A stretch of 26,406 nucleotides of DNA from a virus (taxonomy: Duplodnaviria; Caudoviricetes): positions 1 to 26,406 of the IMG/VR virus record IMGVR_UViG_3300045580_000183; one strand, given 5' to 3'. The position numbers were made by a program, and so were the translations under genes. Under the pieces are notes generated by a model. It was not told where the DNA came from. It worked only from the letters and a program-made list of their open reading frames with translations, and did not search any database. Positions 1 to 8,028 of this stretch are shown one piece after another (position 1 is the first letter of the stretch; the number at the start of each line of letters is the position of its first letter).

Positions 1-13
1 TTATCTATGTCCC

Positions 14-42
14 TTTATACCACAGGGAGAGAGACCACACAA
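14..42 (-). promoter_or_regulatory. Leftward sigma70-type promoter (probable early promoter)
   Basis: On the minus strand: -35 TTGTGT (42-37), 17-nt spacer, extended -10 TGgTATAAA (19-14). Confidence 0.6.
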
Positions 43-62
43 GTACTTGCGAACATTCGAAA

Positions 63-79
63 TGCGACAGGCTGTCGCA
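63..79. promoter_or_regulatory. Perfect palindrome, possible operator
   Basis: TGCGACAG-G-CTGTCGCA (8-1-8), about 20 bp upstream of the leftward -35. Confidence 0.4.
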
Positions 80-99
80 GTATAACGCGCATACGGGCT

Positions 100-543
100 G
101 TCCAAAGTTCTGGACGCAGGTGGACGCGAAAATGACCAGAGAGTGCAACCGAAAGGAGAGTCTGGACGCGATTACAGCGTGTAAAACATCAGAGGTTGCG
201 TTGACTTTAGGGAAGCTGCGTCCAAAGTGGGTATTCGCGTCCACCTGTCGACGTCGTGAAACAGAACTTTGGGCAGAGCTATGGACGTGAAACGAAGGCC
301 CGTACGACGGGCGTCGGAGGCCCGTGAAACATGTCCACGTCCACCTGTCCAAAGTTTTTAATATTAATAAAAGAAGAAGAAAAATAAAAGAAAACGTTTT
401 TTATTTGGACGGCGAAACCGACGATTCGTGTGTCGAACTTTGGACAGGTGGACGTGAATATATGTCGAGATGCCTCAGAGGCCCGTACGACGGGCCTTCG
501 TTTCACGTCCACCTGTTTTCGGAGCTGTGGACGTCAGGTGGAC
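100..543. repeat. Iteron-like repeat array with nested inverted repeats and AT-rich core (putative replication origin or packaging site)
   Basis: 16 TGGAC/GTCCA copies; 6 CAGGTGGAC/GTCCACCTG copies; perfect inverted repeats 336-356/436-456 (21 bp), 282-303/490-511 (22 bp) and 117-130/234-247 (14 bp); AT-rich core at about 355-406. Confidence 0.75.
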
Positions 544-643
544 AGGCCAGGGTGTATCATAGACAGGTGCTATTCGTTATATTCGAAAAAACATAACATT
601 TATGGAGTCCTAACGACTGATACTTTTACGCCGTTATCTGGCG

Positions 644-667
644 TTGCACATTCGCTTGTGTTAAAAT
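644..667 (+). promoter_or_regulatory. Candidate rightward (late) promoter upstream of terS
   Basis: GTGtTAAAAT extended -10 (hexamer 662-667); upstream TTGCAC resembles the element at 13818. Confidence 0.4.
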
Positions 668-704
668 AAGGCCGGACCTCTATACAACCAACGTGTGTAT
701 GCAC

Positions 705-1073
705 ATGGCCAAACAGCCAGCAAAAAGTAAAGACAAGCCAAACACCGAGATCGAGGAACGCGTGCATTATTATGCCCGTATCGGTACCCGCACCGACGTT
801 ATCGCTGTTTTGTGCGGAATCGACATGCCGACGCTCCACGAGAAATATGGCCATATTCTGCAAACCGCAGTGCAGGAAGCCAACGGCCACGTGGGCAACG
901 CCTTGTACACCAAGGCTCTGAACGGTGACACGCAAGCCCAGATCTTCTGGATGAAGACCCGTGCCAAGTGGAAGGAGACTCTAGACCTCTCTAGCGAAGA
1001 TGGTACCATGAGCACGGTGTCGTTCCAGAATGCAGTTGTGGAAGCTCTGAAAAAAGTACATGGCGACACGTGA
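705..1073 (+). CDS. terS: Terminase small subunit
   Basis: HTH-like IAVLCGIDMPTL and the ALYTKALNGDTQAQIFWMKTRAKW motif; overlaps terL. Start taken at MAKQP (693 is an alternative). Confidence 0.8.
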   Translation: MAKQPAKSKDKPNTEIEERVHYYARIGTRTDVIAVLCGIDMPTLHEKYGHILQTAVQEANGHVGNALYTKALNGDTQAQIFWMKTRAKWKETLDLSSEDGTMSTVSFQNAVVEALKKVHGDT

Positions 1074-2457
1074 TTCGAGCTTCAGCGTAAAGGTCAATGC
1101 AGCGCACCGGCTGCTTGAATTCACGCGTTATATGTATGTCGGGCGTCGTCATTCTTCCTTTCATTCGAACTGGCATCAGCAAGAAATCTGCAACGCGCTC
1201 GAACGTGTAGTAATCGGCAAGACCAATCGCCTGATCATCAACGTCCCTCCTCGCTCTGGTAAGACTGAAATCGCGGTTAAGTCATTCATTGCCTGGAGTA
1301 TGGGCATTTATCCAGATTCGGAATTCATTCACGCTTCGTATTCGAAACGCCTTGCCGCTGCAAACACCTACGACATTCGTGCCATCATGCAACACGAGCG
1401 GTACACCGAGCTGTTTCCGAAAGTGAAGCTGGAAGACGATTCTAGGGCCAAGGACGAGTTTCGTACGACGGCTGGTGGCATTGTGTACGCAACCGGTGCA
1501 GATGGCACGATCACTGGCTATGGCGCTTCCAAGATGCGAGAGTCTTTCGGTGGTGCCATTATCATTGACGATCCGCATAAGGCAGGGGAAGCGAATTCGC
1601 CCATCACGCGCCAGTCCGTGATTGACTGGTATCAGAACACAATGCAATCGCGTCTCAATAAGCCCGATGGCCCGATTATCGTAATCATGCAGCGGCTTCA
1701 CGAGGAAGACCTGTCCGGCTGGCTCTTGAAGGGCGGATCCGGCGAAGAATGGGAGCATGTTTGCATTCCGGCCCGCATGCCCGATGGTAGTTCGTTTTGG
1801 CCGTCGCAATTTCCATCCGAAACGCTGAATCGCCTTGAGTCCTCGAATTCATACGTGTTTGCGGGCCAATACATGCAAGCCCCAGCGCCTGTTGGCGGTG
1901 GCATCTTCAAGGATCATTGGTGGCGTACCGTTTCTGCATTGCCTCCGCTGAAATGGCGTTGCATATTTGCAGACACCGCGCAAAAGACCGCAGAGCAAAA
2001 CGACTACACGGTGTTCCAGTGTTGGGGAATGACGCTTGAGAATCAAATCGTTCTCATCGATATGGCACGCGGTAAATGGGAAGCGCCTGAGCTTGAGACA
2101 ATGGCGCGAGCTTTTTGGAAGAAACATGCTGCGGTTCAGAACGCAGGGACGTTGCGAGCCTTCAAAGTCGAAGACAAGGTGAGCGGCACCGGCCTCATAC
2201 AGAAGCTTCGTCGTGAAGGAATTCCGATTGTCGGCATACCGCGTGTTAAAGACAAGGTGACTCGCGCATTCGATGCAGCGCCCTTGGTAGAAAGTGGAAA
2301 CGTCATCGTGATGAATGACACTCCACATCTGATTGATTTGATGGCCGAGGCATCGGTGTTTCCGAATGGGGCGCATGATGACGCTATCGATACCGCTATG
2401 AGCGCCATAAATGACATGTTCGCTCCACAATTTGCTCCCGCAATTAGATCACTGTGA
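1060..2457 (+). CDS. terL: Terminase large subunit
   Basis: Walker A VPPRSGKT, Walker B IIIDDPHK, IMQRLHEEDL, nuclease motifs FADTA and HDDAID. Confidence 0.95.
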   Translation: MATRDSSFSVKVNAAHRLLEFTRYMYVGRRHSSFHSNWHQQEICNALERVVIGKTNRLIINVPPRSGKTEIAVKSFIAWSMGIYPDSEFIHASYSKRLAAANTYDIRAIMQHERYTELFPKVKLEDDSRAKDEFRTTAGGIVYATGADGTITGYGASKMRESFGGAIIIDDPHKAGEANSPITRQSVIDWYQNTMQSRLNKPDGPIIVIMQRLHEEDLSGWLLKGGSGEEWEHVCIPARMPDGSSFWPSQFPSETLNRLESSNSYVFAGQYMQAPAPVGGGIFKDHWWRTVSALPPLKWRCIFADTAQKTAEQNDYTVFQCWGMTLENQIVLIDMARGKWEAPELETMARAFWKKHAAVQNAGTLRAFKVEDKVSGTGLIQKLRREGIPIVGIPRVKDKVTRAFDAAPLVESGNVIVMNDTPHLIDLMAEASVFPNGAHDDAIDTAMSAINDMFAPQFAPAIRSL

Positions 2458-2465
2458 GGCCCAAT

Positions 2466-3746
2466 ATGGGACTGTTCGACCGCTTTTTCGCACGCCGCCA
2501 GCCCGAGGCCAAAGAAAGCCAAGCCTCAAAGCTCTTGGTGGTAAATCCTGGCCAGCCCATGTGGTCGCCTAGGAACTACGAATCGTTTGCAAAAGAGGCT
2601 TATGGTAAAAACGTCGTTGCATATCAGTCGATAAACAGAATCGCTGATGCCATCGCATCGGTGAAGCTTAGCGTTTATCGCGGAGAGCAAGAGCTTGTAG
2701 ACCATCCGCTGCTAACGCTGTTTCGCCGTCCTAACCCTGTGCAGTCATACGGCGATTACGTGCGAGCCAAGGTGTCGTTCCTCATGATTGCGGGCAACGG
2801 CTATGAAGAGCGGTTCATGGTCGGCAATGAAGTCAAGGAGCTTTACCAGCTTCGCCCCGACCGCATGTCGATCCTGCCCGCATCCAATGGAATCCCGGCT
2901 GCCTACATCTACAAGGTAGGCCAGAACGTCACTCGTTGGGATATGGATCCTCGCACGCTGAATTGCGATGTGCGGCACATAAAGCTGTTCAATCCGCTGA
3001 ACGACTGGTACGGCATGTCGCCCATCGAGGCTGGTGCCTATGCGCTCGATCAAAACAATGAAAGCATGGCTTGGATGCAAGCCTTGCTCCAGAATTCGGC
3101 TCGCCCCTCTGGCGCATTGACCGTCAAGGACGGCGGCACGCTTTCCGACGAGAACTTTAACCGCCTAAAGGCACAGATCGAGGAGCAATATTCCGGGTCT
3201 AACAATGCGGGCCGTCCAATGCTTTTGGAAGGCGGGCTTGATTGGCAGCAGATGGGCCTAAGTCCGACCGATATGGGCATCATCGAAAGCAAGTTTGCAT
3301 CGGCGCGTGATGTAGCCCTAGCCTTTGGTGTTCCGCCCCAGCTTCTCGGCATTCCCGGTGATAACACCTACGCCAATTATGCCGAGGCCCGTCTGGCGTT
3401 CTGGGAAGACACCGCATTGCCGTTGCTCGATATGATCGTGCACGATTGGAACGCATGGCTCGGTTCGCTCTACGGTGTGACCATCAGGCCCGATGTAGAT
3501 GCTATCCCGGCTATTGCTGAGAAGCGACTTTCGATGTGGCAGATGGCGGATTCGTCCAAAGACCTGACCATCAATGAGCGCCGCGCTTTGAAAGGATATG
3601 GTCCGATAGAGGGCGGCGATGTTTTGTTCGTTTCTGCTGCCGAAATTCCGCTCGGAATGGCTGGAGAGCCGTTGCCCGAAATGACACTGGACGAAATGAA
3701 GGCCATTGCTTACGGGAACGCTGATGGCAAGACGCCTCGTAGATAA
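2466..3746 (+). CDS. HK97-family portal protein
   Basis: LRPDRM, YGMSPIE, NSARPSG, FGVPPQLLG..NTYANY, LTINERR motifs; GAGG RBS before ATG 2466. Confidence 0.95.
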   Translation: MGLFDRFFARRQPEAKESQASKLLVVNPGQPMWSPRNYESFAKEAYGKNVVAYQSINRIADAIASVKLSVYRGEQELVDHPLLTLFRRPNPVQSYGDYVRAKVSFLMIAGNGYEERFMVGNEVKELYQLRPDRMSILPASNGIPAAYIYKVGQNVTRWDMDPRTLNCDVRHIKLFNPLNDWYGMSPIEAGAYALDQNNESMAWMQALLQNSARPSGALTVKDGGTLSDENFNRLKAQIEEQYSGSNNAGRPMLLEGGLDWQQMGLSPTDMGIIESKFASARDVALAFGVPPQLLGIPGDNTYANYAEARLAFWEDTALPLLDMIVHDWNAWLGSLYGVTIRPDVDAIPAIAEKRLSMWQMADSSKDLTINERRALKGYGPIEGGDVLFVSAAEIPLGMAGEPLPEMTLDEMKAIAYGNADGKTPRR

Positions 3747-4509
3747 CAACGCACGCCGCGAGCATCGGCGACAGGTGGCGCTGCTTGATCGGTTGACTTT
3801 ACAATTTCGTGGCCGATTGGAGCGAGAGCTTGCGACGGCGATGAAGGACATGGTTGAGCGGTGGTTGCAAACCAATCAAGTCGAGCTGCCACGCGGCTTT
3901 TATGACCGCATCGAGGCGACTTATCGCCAGATGGCGTTGGCGTCGATCACCATGTTCGGCAACCGTATCTATGATCAAGGTAAGGCATTTGGTCTGCCGC
4001 TCGATACCAAGGAATCCTTCGCTCAGATCATGACGCGACTGGCCCTTCGTTACATAAGCCAGGAAATGATTCGCCGTCGCATCACCGACGTGGTGGAAAC
4101 AACGCGTAAACAAATTGTTAGAGCAGTGTCTAAGGGCTACAGTGATGGGCTAGGCCAGCGCGGCGTTGCAGATTACGTTTTGGATGTCGTGCCGACTCTG
4201 GCTCAATACCGTGCAAACATGATTGCTCGTACAGAGACCCATGGAGCAGCGAATTACGGATCCGATGAAGCGGCTAAACAGACAGGCTTGCCATTGTCTC
4301 GCGAGTGGATAGCAGCACAAGACGAGCGCACTCGTCCCACGCATGCTGCAGCAAGCGGTGACGTTGTGAAGATGGACGAGAAATTCCGTGTAGGAGAGAG
4401 CTTTCTGATGTTTCCCGGTGACCCAGAGGGGCCAGCCGAGGAAGTCATTAACTGTCGCTGCACTGTTGCTTATATTGTGGACGAAGAAGCCCTAGAAGCC
4501 ATGTTGTAA
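3724..4509 (+). CDS. Head morphogenesis / minor head protein (SPP1 gp7, Mu F family)
   Basis: RANMIARTETH, WIAAQDERTRPTH, FPGDP..EEVINCRC; follows the portal. Confidence 0.9.
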   Translation: MARRLVDNNARREHRRQVALLDRLTLQFRGRLERELATAMKDMVERWLQTNQVELPRGFYDRIEATYRQMALASITMFGNRIYDQGKAFGLPLDTKESFAQIMTRLALRYISQEMIRRRITDVVETTRKQIVRAVSKGYSDGLGQRGVADYVLDVVPTLAQYRANMIARTETHGAANYGSDEAAKQTGLPLSREWIAAQDERTRPTHAAASGDVVKMDEKFRVGESFLMFPGDPEGPAEEVINCRCTVAYIVDEEALEAML

Positions 4510-4532
4510 CGACAACTAAAGTGTGATATAAT
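4504..4532 (+). promoter_or_regulatory. Consensus-like sigma70 promoter for the protease-capsid genes
   Basis: TTGTAA (4504-4509), 17 nt, TGaTATAAT (hexamer 4527-4532); ATG 4539 lies 6 nt downstream. Confidence 0.7.
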
Positions 4533-4538
4533 ATAATA

Positions 4539-5645
4539 ATGCCTAGCCCCGGCCCGACAGAAAGCGAAGACGAATTCATCTCTCGTTGCATGAGCGACGA
4601 AGAGGCGATGTCTGATTTCCCCGACGAGGATCAGCGTTATGCCGTCTGCATCTCCAAGTGGGAAGGCAAGGCGGATGGGTTTGCTCCGACCGAGGTAATG
4701 GCCCGCGAAGCAGAGCGCGGTCTTGCATGGCGCGAAGAATTTGGCCGTGGTGGAACCGAGGTCGGCGTTGCCCGTGCCCGCGACATCAAGAATCGACGCA
4801 ACCTGTCGCTCGATACCGTGAAGCGGATGAAATCCTATTTCGCCCGCCACGAGGTGGACAAGCAAGGTCAAGGTTGGTCTCCCGGTGAGGAAGGCTATCC
4901 GTCAGCGGGCCGCATAGCCTGGGCTTTGTGGTCTGGCGATCCGGGCCGCTCTTGGGCGAACAACATTGTAGATCGTGAGGAAGGCAAGGCAATGGAGCCG
5001 ATCCAACACAAATCCGTCGCCCTTACCCTTAAGCGCGAGCCTGACCAAGACGGCGTTTTCGAGGGCTATGCCTCCGTTTTCGGCGTGGTCGATCAAGGCA
5101 TGGATGTCGTGGAGCGCGGCGCATTCCGCAAGTCACTCGGCACCCGCAAGGTCAAAATGCTTTGGCAACACGACACCTCGATGCCCATCGGCGTCTGGGA
5201 CGAAATCTATGAGGACGAACGCGGTCTCTTCGTCCGTGGCCGTCTGCTCAAGGAAGTCGAAAAGGGCCGCGAGGCTATGGCTCTCCTTCGTGCCGGGGCC
5301 ATTGATTCCATGTCTATCGGCTACCGCACAATGGAAGCCGTGCCAGAGGGCGATGGGCGTGTTCGCAAGCTGATGGAAGTCGATCTGTTCGAGATCAGCC
5401 TCGTCACCTTCCCGATGCTGCCCGATGCTAAAGTGACGAACGTCAAGTCGATCACGACTGAACGAGATTTCGAGAAGTTCCTGCGTGATGCAGGATATTC
5501 TCGCAAAGACGCCGTGGCAATCACACTTCACGGCTTCAAAGCCCTACTGAAACAGCGAGATGCTGGCGAGGATGAGGCATTCACTGGAGAGCTAGACACT
5601 CTCCTGTCAAAGCTGACCAAACTCAAAGGTATCATAAATGGATGA
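4539..5645 (+). CDS. HK97-family prohead protease with about 150-aa N-terminal extension
   Basis: FEGYASVFG, MLWQHD, PIGVW, SMSIGY, LFEISLVTFP in the C-terminal ~217 aa; possible internal start at ATG 4992. Confidence 0.92.
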   Translation: MPSPGPTESEDEFISRCMSDEEAMSDFPDEDQRYAVCISKWEGKADGFAPTEVMAREAERGLAWREEFGRGGTEVGVARARDIKNRRNLSLDTVKRMKSYFARHEVDKQGQGWSPGEEGYPSAGRIAWALWSGDPGRSWANNIVDREEGKAMEPIQHKSVALTLKREPDQDGVFEGYASVFGVVDQGMDVVERGAFRKSLGTRKVKMLWQHDTSMPIGVWDEIYEDERGLFVRGRLLKEVEKGREAMALLRAGAIDSMSIGYRTMEAVPEGDGRVRKLMEVDLFEISLVTFPMLPDAKVTNVKSITTERDFEKFLRDAGYSRKDAVAITLHGFKALLKQRDAGEDEAFTGELDTLLSKLTKLKGIING

Positions 5646-6930
5646 GATCAAGAAGGCCGCCAGTGCCATTGATGCGCTGCACGCCGGATTCGAAGAGTTC
5701 AAGAAGGCCAACGACGAGCGCCTTGCCCAGATCGAAAAGAAGGGCAGCGCCGATGTTGTGACCGAGGCCAAGCTTCAGAAGATCGAAGCAGACCTCGAGA
5801 AGGCCCAGCGCATTGCCGATGAGGCGGCTCTTGCTGCCAAGCGTCAGTCGCGCGTTGTGACCGACGAGCGTGGCAATGCCATCGACCTCGATCAGAAGGC
5901 CCAGGAATGGGCTTCGATGAACGCCCGCCGTCGTGGCGCGGTTGTCGGCTCCTTCGGCGCTGCCGATATGGATGCCTATAAGGCCGCTTTCGACACCTTC
6001 ATCCGCAAGGGTGAGGAAGTCATGGGCGTGGACGAGCGCAAGGCTCTCTCGGTCGGCTCCGACCCGGACGGCGGCTATGTGGTCAACCCCGACCTCTCGG
6101 GCCGCATCGTGGCGAAGGTGTTCGAATCCTCGCCCATGCGCGCTTATGCTTCCATTCAGGTCATCTCGACGGACGCTCTCGAGGGTCTGTTCGATCTGAA
6201 CGAGGCTTCTTCTGGTTGGGTCGGCGAGACGGATTCCCGCGCGGAAACCAACACGCCCCAGCTCGGCAAGTGGCGCATTCCGGTCCATGAACTTTATGCC
6301 AAGCCCAAGGCCACGCAGAAGCTTCTCGATGACGCCTCGATCAACATGGAAGCATGGCTTGCCTCCAAGGTTGCCGAGAAGTTCGCCCGTGACGAGGCCA
6401 ATGCCTTCGTGGTCGGCAATGGTGTGAACAAGCCGCGCGGCTTCCTCACCTACGCTTCCGGCACCTCGCTTCCTGGCACCATCGAGCAGTTCCCCACCGG
6501 AGCTTCTGCGGCTCTTGCGGCGGCTCCCGATGGCGGTGATGCGCTCATCAATGCGCTCTATGGCCTCAAGCAGCAGTACCGCGCTAACGCCACTTGGTTC
6601 ATGAACCGCGCGACCACGAAGCTGGTTCGCAAGGCCAAGGACTCGGACGGCGCTTACATCTGGTCTCCGGGCATCCAGGCGGGTCAGCCCGCCACGCTGC
6701 TCGGCTATCCGGTGGCTGCTTTCGAGGACATGCCCGATCCGGCTTCGAACTCGCTCTCCATCGCCGTTGGCGATATGCGCGAGGCATACCAGATCGTGGA
6801 CCGCATCGGCATTCGCACGCTGCGCGATCCCTACAGCGCCAAGCCCTACGTGGAGTTCTACACCACGAAGCGCGTGGGCGGCGATGTGGTGAACTTCGAA
6901 GCGATCAAGCTGGTCAAGCTCGGCTCGTAA
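5638..6930 (+). CDS. Major capsid protein, HK97 family
   Basis: N-terminal coiled-coil delta domain, DGGYVV, WVGET, GNGVNKPRGFL, LRDPYSAKPYVEFYTTKRVGG; strongly biased codons. Confidence 0.97.
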   Translation: MDEIKKAASAIDALHAGFEEFKKANDERLAQIEKKGSADVVTEAKLQKIEADLEKAQRIADEAALAAKRQSRVVTDERGNAIDLDQKAQEWASMNARRRGAVVGSFGAADMDAYKAAFDTFIRKGEEVMGVDERKALSVGSDPDGGYVVNPDLSGRIVAKVFESSPMRAYASIQVISTDALEGLFDLNEASSGWVGETDSRAETNTPQLGKWRIPVHELYAKPKATQKLLDDASINMEAWLASKVAEKFARDEANAFVVGNGVNKPRGFLTYASGTSLPGTIEQFPTGASAALAAAPDGGDALINALYGLKQQYRANATWFMNRATTKLVRKAKDSDGAYIWSPGIQAGQPATLLGYPVAAFEDMPDPASNSLSIAVGDMREAYQIVDRIGIRTLRDPYSAKPYVEFYTTKRVGGDVVNFEAIKLVKLGS

Positions 6931-6942
6931 TTTAATAAAACA

Positions 6943-6968
6943 GGCGAGCGACAATAAAGCCGCTCGCC
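6943..6968. terminator. Hairpin after the capsid gene; T-tract only on the minus strand
   Basis: GGCGAGCG...CGCTCGCC 8-bp stem; the minus strand continues TGTTTTATT. Confidence 0.5.
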
Positions 6969-6995
6969 AACCACGCTGAGAGAAGGAAATCTAGA

Positions 6996-7439
6996 ATGCG
7001 TGATATGCTTTCCAATAAGCAGGTTGTCCTGCTCGGAACCGTTACCCTTTCCGGCACCACCCCTGGTGCTACCTCTTGGGTTGATACCCGTGGCTTCGAT
7101 GCTTGCACCCTTGTGCTGGCAACCGATACGGTAACGGATGCCGGTGATGCTGCGGGGTTCACCTTCACCGCCCAGCACGCGGATGATACGGCTGCTTCTT
7201 CGGCTGCTGCCATTGTTGCTGCTGATTCCGTCAATGGCACGATTGCTCTTTCTGTGACCGCTGACGGCGATGACAACAAGCTGATCGGCGGAATCGGTTA
7301 TAAGGGTTCCAAGCGTTATGTTCGTATGAACGGCGTTGGCACGACCGGCACGAACGCCACCGTGAAGGTTTATGCGGTTCTCAATGTTCCGCATCGCGCT
7401 GCCACCACCTTCGTCGGTTCCTCTGTGGCCGCTACCTAA
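6996..7439 (+). CDS. Capsid decoration/cement-like protein
   Basis: Beta-rich 147 aa with VDTRGFD and YKGSKRYVR, directly after the capsid gene; AAGGA RBS; highly expressed codon style. Confidence 0.6.
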   Translation: MRDMLSNKQVVLLGTVTLSGTTPGATSWVDTRGFDACTLVLATDTVTDAGDAAGFTFTAQHADDTAASSAAAIVAADSVNGTIALSVTADGDDNKLIGGIGYKGSKRYVRMNGVGTTGTNATVKVYAVLNVPHRAATTFVGSSVAAT

Positions 7440-7441
7440 CT

Positions 7442-7480
7442 GGATCGGGGCGGTTCACCGTATTGGGGGCCGCCCTATCC
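7442..7480 (+). terminator. GC-rich hairpin after the decoration gene (mRNA-stabilising or weak terminator)
   Basis: GGAT-c-gGGGCGGTTC...GGGCCGCCC-t-ATCC; G-U pairs form on the + strand; no U tract. Confidence 0.4.
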
Positions 7481-7507
7481 CATCTCCCGAAATGAACGAG
7501 GCAGATC

Positions 7508-7792
7508 ATGGCACAGAACACGACCACTACTATCGCAGCGGCCACTTGGACGCAGCTTACCGATGCGGATATTGCCCGCATCACGTTCCAGAACGTCGGT
7601 TCTAATCACGTTCTGATCAAAGCGACCATCGGCGCATCGACACCGACCAATGCCACCGGAGCCATCCGCTACAATCCGGGGCAGGGTGAGCGCAACGTTC
7701 TCTTGACCGATCTCTTTCCGGGCCTCGTGGGGGCCAATCGCGTCTACGCCTATTCACCTGACGCGACACAGATCGTCGTGTCTCATGCGTGA
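7508..7792 (+). CDS. Small beta-rich virion protein, putative head-spike base
   Basis: GAGG RBS, 94 aa, first gene of the head-fibre cluster; function inferred from position. Confidence 0.5.
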   Translation: MAQNTTTTIAAATWTQLTDADIARITFQNVGSNHVLIKATIGASTPTNATGAIRYNPGQGERNVLLTDLFPGLVGANRVYAYSPDATQIVVSHA

Positions 7793-8027
7793 GCTTGTCT
7801 CGCCGATTAACGGAATCAGGTCTTTCGCGCCCTCGCGCGGCGGTGATGTGGACGGCGGCGCTGCCGCGATCTCATTGCTCGGCGGCGAGTATATCGGCTT
7901 CACGCTTGATTTCCTGGCAAACGGCTATGCGCTTAGGACGCTCGTCGCTAGCGATTTGATCGGCGCTGAACCGCAAGGGTTCGCGCTTGATTTCCAGTCT
8001 AATACCTCTGCCATGAAGGTGTCATAA
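7785..8027 (+). CDS. Putative head-fibre adaptor with two LxGxExxGFxLDFxxN repeats
   Basis: Overlaps the upstream gene; internal repeat at aa 31-52 and 58-79. Confidence 0.55.
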   Translation: MRELVSPINGIRSFAPSRGGDVDGGAAAISLLGGEYIGFTLDFLANGYALRTLVASDLIGAEPQGFALDFQSNTSAMKVS

Positions 8028-8028
8028 C

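Noticed and set aside
100-543. CRISPR array or transposon/MITE ends
   Set aside because: Repeats are short, in both orientations and irregularly spaced; no cas or transposase gene and no target duplication seen.
5-669. ORFs 5-352, 279-512, 324-596 and 430-669
   Set aside because: They translate the DNA repeats, overlap each other and lack RBSs or protein motifs.
5632-6954. 440-aa antisense ORF over the capsid gene
   Set aside because: Expected shadow of strongly biased codon usage; no motif or RBS.
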